64,000 bases of DNA from Callorhinchus milii (Eukaryota), in NCBI RefSeq assembly GCF_018977255.1, contig NW_024704742.1:74030001-74094000 (forward strand). The letters run 5' to 3'. Under the pieces are notes generated by a model that saw only the letters and a list, made by a program, of their open reading frames with translations, was not told the origin of the DNA and did not search any database. Made by a program: the position numbers and the translations under genes. Position 1 is the first letter of the stretch. Every line of letters starts with the position of its first letter. Below are positions 55,801-64,000 of the stretch, piece by piece.

Positions 55801-56035
55801 TTGTACTCTTTTCTATTTTAAAAAAATGCAGACACTGTTAATCTCACCGGAAACCAAATTTATCCATTGCCACTGCTATGTGTCTTGGCTGGCTGTAACA
55901 CTTGTAGAGGTTTCGGTCATCCATGGGAATCAAATCAACATCACTGAACACAAAACAGTTGTAGTCATATTCTTTCAAAGCTTCCACAAAACCTACGTTG
56001 AGAATCTTAGCCCGATTAAAGGTTTCCTCGCCATG
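52694..56035 (-). CDS. B4GALT1: Beta-1,4-galactosyltransferase 1-like, partial: last four exons complement(join(52694-52844,53542-53646,54088-54210,55848-56035))
   Basis: FNRAKILNVGF, FSDVDLIP (DVD), WGWGGEDDD, CRMIKH, NEPNPQRF, DGLNSL; exon sizes 188/123/105 as in the B4GALT1/2 family. Family assignment is secure, exact orthology is not. Confidence 0.85.
52971..53057. repeat. 29-bp tandem repeat x3 (TTTTGGGTGGTCAATGGCAACAATAAACC)
   Basis: Three near-identical units. Confidence 0.95.
53542..53646 (-). CDS. B4GALT1: B4GALT1-like exon (IIFKGMGISRPDGVIGKCRMIKHERDKNNEPNPQ)
   Basis: ttttag acceptor, AG|GTGAGC donor, 105 nt. Confidence 0.93.
54088..54210 (-). CDS. B4GALT1: B4GALT1-like exon (LPYNQFFGGISSLSKEQHEKINGFPNEYWGWGGEDDDIYK)
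   Basis: tttcaag acceptor, AG|GTAGGT donor, 123 nt. Confidence 0.93.
54620..55100 (-). mobile_element. CR1 3' fragment, degenerate
   Basis: GAAGGCCTTT start and CCCTGCTCTTCTCTGTAC resemble an inverted CR1 3' region. Confidence 0.55.
55848..56035 (-). CDS. B4GALT1: B4GALT1-like exon (HGEETFNRAKILNVGF...AMDKFGF)
   Basis: tttcag acceptor, CG|GTGAGA donor, 188 nt. Confidence 0.93.
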
Positions 56036-56421
56036 CTGAAAAGATAAATCAGAAAAATAAACACAGAAGTCCAACTCATCATCATCATCATCATGAAATC
56101 CATTCTGAAACTCTTTGAAAAAAAATGATGATTAAACTGGGAACATCAGTTGCATTAAGAGCAAAATGAGAACCATAGAAATCTGATGACCAGAAGAAGG
56201 CCATTCAGCCCATCGTGATTTGGCTCTTTTAAATAGCAATCCTTTCCATCCCATTTACCTGCCCTTTCCCCATACCTCTGCAGTTTACTCTTTTTTTAAG
56301 AAAAATATATTTATCTAGTTTTCTTTTGAAAGCTAATATGGATTCTGTCTCAACCACCGCACACAGCAGGGTATTCCATATCCTAACAACTCTGCGTGAA
56401 ACAAATTCTACTTATCTCCCC

Positions 56422-57112
56422 GTTTGCTTCTTTCCTGAATGTCGCCAGACTACGGCACTACCTCACCCCTCACGCGGCTGAAACTCTGGTCTACGCCTTT
56501 ATCACCTCAAGGCTGGACTATGGGAACTCTCTCCTCGCCTGCCTTCCCGGCACCTCCCTCCACACTGCAGGTCATTCAGAACTCTGCAGCTCGTGTACTG
56601 TCCCGCACCAGACTTCGGGACCACATCACTCCCACCCTCGCTCGCCTCCACTGGCTCCCCATCCCCCAGAGGATCGAATTCAAGATCCTCATCCTCACCT
56701 ACAAGGCCATTCACGGCCTCGCTCCCTCCTACCTCTCTGACCTACTATCCCCCTACCTACCTGCCCGTACCCTCCGTTCCTCTGGCTCCGGTCTGCTCCA
56801 CATTCCCCGCCCCAACCGCCCTACCATCGGTGGTCGGGCCTTCAGCCTCTCAGCCCCGAGGCTCTGGAACTCTATCCCCAGTGCCTTCGCCGCTTCCTCC
56901 CTTTCCTCCTTCAAGGCCGGTCTCAAGACCTTTCTCTTTGACCGTGCCTTCAGCTCCCCTCTCGACTCTCTACCCCTCCTCGCTCCCTCCCTTCCCTCCC
57001 CTCACCCTGACCATTTCCCCCCTGCTCGGGTCCTGACCCAACTGTACAGCGCCTTGGGACGTCCTCCCGACGTGAAAGGCGCTCAATAAATGGAATCTTG
57101 TTGTTGTTGTTT
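56422..57112 (+). mobile_element. Young L2 3' fragment inserted into an antisense CR1 tail (56170-57150)
   Basis: [52 protein letters not shown]; intact tail hairpin and (TTG)n. Confidence 0.93.
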
Positions 57113-58014
57113 CCTAGCTATAATAAATTGATACCCTCTGGTCACTGATCACCAATCATTAAAATCAAGATCTAACTCAACTGTGTTCAACATCACTTCT
57201 GCCACCATATCCTTCATTTCAATCTGCTTTTCCTGAAGAAATGGTAAATTACTCAAATTATCTTCCAAACGATCATAGTAAATCTGGTAATAAAATAGAA
57301 GAAACCACGAGGATTGCACGATTCAAAGACATTTTGTCTTATTGTGCAACCAAAACAAATGGCGGGGGGGGAAGGGAGGAAAGGTGGGGGTGGGACTAAA
57401 CAGAGAGCCAAGCATGGACAAACTGTGCCAAATAGCTTCCTTGTTTGCTGAAAAATTCTATAATTTTACCACAGCACTCTTTTACATCTTACTTAAATCA
57501 AAGTATCCAGGCACTTCAGCAAAAGGCTGTTAGATGAAACCAAAACAGATTTTTTTTTGAAAAAGTACATTGTTCAGAGTTAAAAGTAATTCTCCCCACA
57601 TCAGGATTCTGAACTTCCTCTGATTTTCTTGAGTGTTGGTAACTACTTAGTTCGCTGATAACATGGAACTTCATATAAACAAGCATTAGTGGCAATAACT
57701 TCTTATCTCCGCTTCTGAGTCACAGTTCCTGTAGACTACTAAAATCAAACTTACAATCAAAGTTTACCCTTAAGAATTGTATGGTTACTATGAGCTGTTA
57801 GGTTTATTAAATTATCATCCTGTTGTATACTCAAATATTCTATAGAAATACAAGTAAACTCATCACTTCAAGAGAAAGGGGCTCGGTGATGAGTTATCCG
57901 GAATGGCAAGTTAGGTAGGTGAATACACACATAAATAAATTATATTGACAGGATGGTGACAAGTTATTAGGAGTCAGGGTCAAGTTATTAGGAGTTAACT
58001 GTATCATAGGCTTT

Positions 58015-58300
58015 TTATAAATCCTGAATGTACTAACTCATGTTGAGGATGTGGATCTGAAGTAGGCTTTTGGAACTTTCCCTGGGCTATTCACTCACGG
58101 AGTTGAGGGGAAGACATGGTTGCACAGATCCCCTTCCAACAGGTTACACATTGGACAGTGAATACATTCAGGAAAGTTTCCCCTCCCCTCTTCCTTAGTC
58201 CTGGTATACAAAGACCAGCTGGCTAGAGATCATCAATCTTAGCAGAGACCAGAGTTTAAGCCTGGGATTCTCCAAGCCAATATGACTCACAACCACACAA
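58015..58300 (-). mobile_element. Very old tRNA-derived SINE-like remnant (related remnant at about 51310-51655)
   Basis: Degenerate inverted B-box-like segment; weak similarity between the two remnants. Confidence 0.35.
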
Positions 58301-59739
58301 AAAATGAACAGCACAATATCATGTCAAAACATCTTAAAATGAACATTCTGATTTTTTCCATCCACATCTTCAATACTAAAATACATGGAAGAACTACCAG
58401 GATTTGTAGTTAATCCAATAAAAAATGCTGAAACAGAAATGATCTTTGATGTGATTGAGAAAATGAATCACAACAGCAAGGACATGAGCATGGAACCAAA
58501 GGGTAGAATAGAAAGCATATAGAGTGAGAAAATTAAGACTGATGAAACAGGCAGGGTAAAGTTAACAGACCATAGGAGAGCTGAAAATAATAATTATCCT
58601 TACATTGTATATAGTGGATGGGCATCTCAAAGTGTTTCACAGGATGTGCTGTAAACTGCATTTTGTAGACGAAAGAATCAATGTGGCAAACAATGGTGAC
58701 AAAAGCGGTACAACTCGGCAATCCAAAGAAATATTAAATTGCAAAACTATTGAAATGCATCATATTTTATTTGCTGTGTGTCTGTTTTCTAGTGAAGTAA
58801 ACATTGCCTACAAAATCCCTGAGGCCCTCCAGATATGAAATTACTGCTAAGCTAAGTTCCTCCATAAACCTCAGAAAGGAGTGGCCAGTTGATAGAGCTC
58901 TAGAGGATTAGGGCTTGAACAGCAGCATAAGAGCTGCCAGAGCTGACATCAGAGCTACAAATTAATGCCCAAAACACAAGCTTCGCAGGGCTGCACTCCA
59001 GCACTCTGTATGAATGCTAGCTCTGTTTTTATTACCAATGTTAAAGTTTCATACACTGCTTCCTCTGCCAGTGGAAGTCTCCAAGAACCTGTAAACTCTG
59101 TTAACCATCATGTACCGATCCAGGGTTAGTGGAGCATGCATTAAGACAGCAAATGTCTGGCTTGCCAATGGAAAAATTGCACTGGGTTCTTTCAAGTCAA
59201 ATTCATAAGACAATGTGCTTATTACAGATTTTCCCTATGTCACAAAGTAACCTCTTTAACCCTTATTGGAGAGGTTCAACGTGGAAACTTCCTAGTACCC
59301 TAGATAAGTATCAATGCCCATTTCACTTTACGCACATCACAATGCCTCCAATTTATGAAGTGTCAGTAATCATGCATTGAAGTCTATATCCAGATTCTCC
59401 AGATGAAACATAATGTGGCAGCTGGAGAGACTTTAAAATAGGAGGGTAAAAAGCCTTCTTTGGCAAAGGTTTGAGTGAATCTTGGACACCTCAATGTGTT
59501 CACAGCCAATGCGTGCGTTCAAAACATTAACAGTCTCTACCTCAGCTATAGCTAACCATTGGGTGCAAAGCAAAGTTTCAATTTTAAAAGAAATTATGCT
59601 TTCAAAAAAAGTTTAGATACTTTTTTTAACCCAACTGTATTCATGTTTACTTACCCTACTTTAACCAAACTAAAACATTTAAAAAAAAGCTGATTCATCA
59701 TCCACTTCTCTCATTACTTCTGCCTTTCACTAATAACTA

Positions 59740-60120
59740 CCTCCATTTCCAGCATGGAGTTGACTTGCTCGCAAGACTTATTGGTACATCACCCATCCTG
59801 ATTAGCGGTTCCAGTCGTTAATTAGCCTCTGGGTAAAGAAAAACATCCTGATATCTGTCCTGAAATTGTCCATTGCAACTTGTGCGCTTATTTGACAATC
59901 TTGGCATATCTAAAAGTATTGTTGTAGGTTTACTTTTCCAATTGAGTTTAAAATCTTGAACACCTCTATACCTCTAAAGCCCTCGGAGATGACTTTTGCA
60001 AGCCCGAAGTGTCCTAGGTTATCTAAGAGTTACTCATAGCTCATTCCTCGAACACTGGGGATCATCCATGTTGCTCTTCTCTGCACCGTCTATAGGGCCT
60101 GGGCAGCCCTTTATGTTGTG
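59740..60120 (-). mobile_element. CR1 fragment, degenerate
   Basis: AATCTTGAACACCTCTAT and TTGCTCTTCTCTGCACC (inverted VQRRAT). Confidence 0.65.
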
Positions 60121-61367
60121 GCTGATAATATCTGCATTGCCTGATAGTGATTCTACTGCAGACTCTCAATGCTGACCTTGACCATTGGTCACATGGTGCA
60201 AACATTCCTTTGCATGTTTACAGATATTTGACAGGTTCTCTGATCTCAATACAGTCTTCAGACCTACAGCTTTGTTGAGAGCAGCTTGTTGGCAAGTACA
60301 AGCAATGGAGGCTAAAGCAAAGGTATCTCTCTGACCTTGATGTTCTACTTCCCTAATGCCTGATATTATGCTGTTATTTTGCTTGCACATTAAAAGAAAG
60401 TAACCAGGGGAAAGAAGCCAGAGTGCTTACTTACTATGCTTACTTACTAAAGATGTAAACATTCTAAAGTGATATTTTAAAATAAAGAAAACAGAACTGT
60501 GCTAACAATCCATACAAGAGGAAAACGATTACCGTATTAGAGGCCTCTTAGTATTACACAGAATAATCACATCAATCTTGAGAAAGGTTTTCCTTTTGGT
60601 GATGCACATTCATGCACAGAGCCCAGAAGGAGTGACATAAAATCTGCAAAGTATATTTCACATTACCGGCCCAGGTGAGCAGAGGAGAAGTTCTTCCTTC
60701 TCTTTATAGCAGCTAGCTAATGCAGTGGAGAGAGGCAAAAATCACACTTCCATAGCACCTTTCACAACCTCAATTTGTGTTCTGCAGAAGATAGAAGAAA
60801 CAAGCACAGATCTAGAAAAGAAAGCAAGTGGGTTGGGGGTAAAGAGAAGAGAAAGATAAGTGGAGTAAATGTTAAAATAAGCAAAGGAAACATTCTTAAA
60901 AGGTATTTTTCATAACATCAATTTTTTGAACCACAATCAGAATTGTTTAGGGAATTTCAACCTCATCTAATGGTGATACACCATCTCATATTAAAACGCT
61001 GATTTTTTAAAACTTGCATCAACACAATTAACTTCAAAGGAAACTTGTGAAGTAATATTACAGTAGCTAATATAAACATTGCTTTACTCATTCTTTGAGC
61101 GAACATCAACTTGCAACATACAAATAGAATTTCCATCAACCCAAGAAGGAAAATCACCAAAGGACCAGGTTCCGCTAAAAATATCAATTCCATGACTCAG
61201 TCAAGTACTAAGAAAAGTTTCAAGTATCATTCTTTTTCTACTCCACTGTACAGAAGCTTTCATTTTGAGTCTTGCTTCCAGACTTTAGACAGGATCCTAA
61301 GCAATAAAGTAAGATTTGTACAGTTGCAGTATTGTAAATGGTGAATATTGCTTGCATTTGATTTAGC

Positions 61368-61687
61368 ATAATAATAATAAGAATAATCCTTGCATTTAAT
61401 ATAGTGCTTTTCACGTCGCAAGGACATCCCAAAGCGCTTCACAGAACACACTGTAAAGTGAATTGACTGTATATTTGTGGGCGAACGCGGCAGCCAATTG
61501 CGCACAGCAATGTCCCACAAACAGTCGTGGATTGAAAATGACCAATTTATTATTTTTTTTGTTTTGGAGGGATTATTACTAGGCGTGTGGAGTAAGGAAA
61601 CTTGCCCAAGGTTTCGCCCTGCCTGGAATTGAACTCAGGTCTCTCACTTGCAAAGCGAGTGCTCTAACCACTGAGCTACAGGACTCC
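61368..61687 (-). mobile_element. Young tRNA-Ala-headed Deu SINE, short variant
   Basis: Complete head-to-tail copy with (TAT)n tail. Confidence 0.92.
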
Positions 61688-61914
61688 ACGAGCATAATCA
61701 CATAAGTCAATAAGAATCCTTTGACACTAGGCTATGTTTCTAAATGAGTAAACCATGCGTAAAAGCATGTATATATGTGTATCACCATGTGTATAATGTG
61801 CAGAGGGAATCGCGAGTGCCTTTCATCAAGGATCTGACAATCAATGGAAAGGATCAGATATTTTTGTAACCGATGAAAACGGTTTAATGATTAAGGACAC
61901 TGGTAGCTCTCTCT

Positions 61915-63086
61915 ATACAACAACAACAACAACAACTTGTACTTATATAGCGCAATATAGCGCCCTCCATGCAGAGTAGCTTCTCAGACTGCTTAACAGT
62001 GTCGGAGCCTGACTCCATGCAGGAGGGGGAAGTTAGTCGTAAGCACGGTTGAAAAGGAAGGTTTTCAGGCGGGGCTTGACAAGGGGAAGGGGGAAAGGCA
62101 GAGGGACTGTGTTCCAAAGGGAGAGTATTCCAAAGTTTTGGGACGTAGTGGCTGAAAGCGCGACCTCCAATGGTGGGTCAGAGGATGCGAGGGTCAAGCA
62201 GGAGGCTGGTGCCAATCGAGCGGAGGCACCGGGTGATGGATTGGGGAGTGAGGAGGTCAGAGAGGTAGGGAGGTGCCAGAGAGTGAATGGATTTGAACAC
62301 GAGTGTGAGGATCCGTTTGGTGATGGGGAGCCAGTGAAGCCTGGTCAGAATTGGTGAGATTTGGGTATGGAGTTTGGTCCGGGTCAGTATGCGGGCGGCA
62401 GAATTCTGAATGAGCTGGATTTTTTGAATAGTGGAGTTGAGGAGACCGGCGAGGAGTGTGTTTGAGTAATCCAGGCGGGAGGTGACAAACACATGAATGA
62501 GGGTTTGGGCTGAATTTGGGGTAAGGTACGGTCGGAGGCGGGCAATGTGGTGGAGGTGGAGGAAAGCGGTCCTGGTTAGGTACGAGATATGGGGGAGGAA
62601 GGACTGCTAGGGGTTGAACTGGACGCCCAGATTGAGCACTGGTTCGGTGAGTCTGAGGGAGAGCCCAGGGAGGTTGAGGAGTTTAGATCTGCAGGAGTGA
62701 AGACGTTGACGGAAGCCAAGGAGTATGGCTTCCATCTTGTCCACATTCAGCTGCAGAAAGTTTGCACTCATCCAGGCCCTGATGTTTGCCAGACAAGCTG
62801 ATAGAACATCAATAGACCTGGAGTCAATGTTGGAGGAGGCAAAGTAGATTTGCATGTCATCCGCATACATGTGGAAGTTTACCCCGTGTCTGCGGATGAC
62901 ATCACCCAGAGGGAGCATACAGATGAGGAAAAGAAGAGGGCCAAGGATGGAGCCCTGGGGTACCCCGCAGGTGACCGGGTGGGGGCGCGAGGAGAATCCA
63001 TTTGCTGAGATGAAGTGGAGGCAGTTGGTTAAGTAGGACTCGAACCATGCGAGAGTGGTCCCACTAAGGTGGATGAGGGAGGACAA
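61915..63086 (-). mobile_element. L2 LINE, 5'-truncated, about 1.15 kb
   Basis: ORF 62607-63086 [33 protein letters not shown]; (CAA)n tail. Confidence 0.93.
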
Positions 63087-64000
63087 TTTGTATAAAACAC
63101 TGCATATTAGTCAAAGCCAATCAGATCTAATAAGGAGAAAGATTTTCCAACTGATCTTCCTCAGAGTCCACAAACCATTAAAACGTCCTTTGGCCTGGAA
63201 TAAATTGGCCTCAGAATTTATACACTGCAACCCACGAGAGCCAGACAGATCTTGAACATACAGGGAGATAGACATGGTTCACGATCAAGCAGTTTAACAA
63301 CACAGAGAAAAAAACTCTCAGCCTCCGGCATGACTAACAGGGACAGAGACGACTCACTATGTTTAACAGACCTGGAGGAGTGCAGGCACCTTTCTTCCAC
63401 AGCCAGTGTCCTGTATTCTCTCGCTATGGCTACTCTCACTCCCGGTTCTCACCCAGGTACCAACTAATTGGTCTCAGGCAACAACAATACATTCCTTTTT
63501 TATCCTTTCATGCCAGGAGGATGCCCCAAGGCACTGGACAGTCGAAGTTTTGCACCAGAGCTGGGAGTTGAGTTCGGGAGGGGTAGGGGCCAAGGGGGGT
63601 GAGGGTGGGAAGATGATCAAAGGTGTGATCAAAGAGGGCAGTCTTGAGACGGACCTTGATGGGGTGAAAGGAAGGCATAGCACTCGACTTCAGAATAGTC
63701 CAGACGTGGCCATGTGGCTAGGCCTCAGACCTTCTTTGTCTTCCCTGATCTGGCAGAGCCAGAAATTTCCTTCATGCAGTTCCAGAATCAGAGAGACTGG
63801 GGGCAAATCATGTTACAGCTTTCATACCACCCAATTCCTCTCAGTACAGTGCAAGACCCATTAGGCTCAGTTGGCTGCCACAATGTCTGACCTAAAGTCT
63901 GTTAAAACACTTAGTGTCAATGGGAGGGGGAGGGGAAGGACACTTCCCACACACAGAATAGGTAATGACATGATTTATATATGCTTAACAAACATTCAGC

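Noticed and set aside
56036..64000. B4GALT upstream exons (KVAIIIPFR...LHP...QRQQ region)
   Set aside because: Looked for by eye and in the ORF track and not found; presumed beyond the window end.

Overview
Vertebrate genomic DNA. The repeat content (L2 and CR1 LINEs, tRNA-headed Deu-domain SINEs with L2 tails) points to a cartilaginous fish, probably a holocephalan; that assignment is inference. Four genes are supported by exon-by-exon reconstruction. (1) DCTN6 (+, 7 coding exons, 1173-8880, 195 aa), with a GT-AG U12-type intron 4. (2) GTF2E2/TFIIE-beta (+, 7 coding exons, 18338-40446, 289 aa), with a CpG-island promoter near 15.3 kb. (3) SMIM18 (-, 22040-22345), nested antisense in a GTF2E2 intron. 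(4) The last four exons of a B4GALT1-like galactosyltransferase (-, 52694-56035); its 5' exons were not found in the window. The rest is dense with LINE/SINE fragments, three MITEs, a probable solo LTR and several minisatellites. I found no clear new protein-coding system. The best leads are an unclassified, hairpin-rich, A-tailed repeat of about 600 bp present six times, a B4GALT gene with mixed B4GALT1/B4GALT2 residues in unexpected synteny, clustered L2 5' ends, an inverted repeat whose arms share private variants, and a promoter-abutting minisatellite made of hormone-response-like half sites. Repeat boundaries were read by eye and are approximate.
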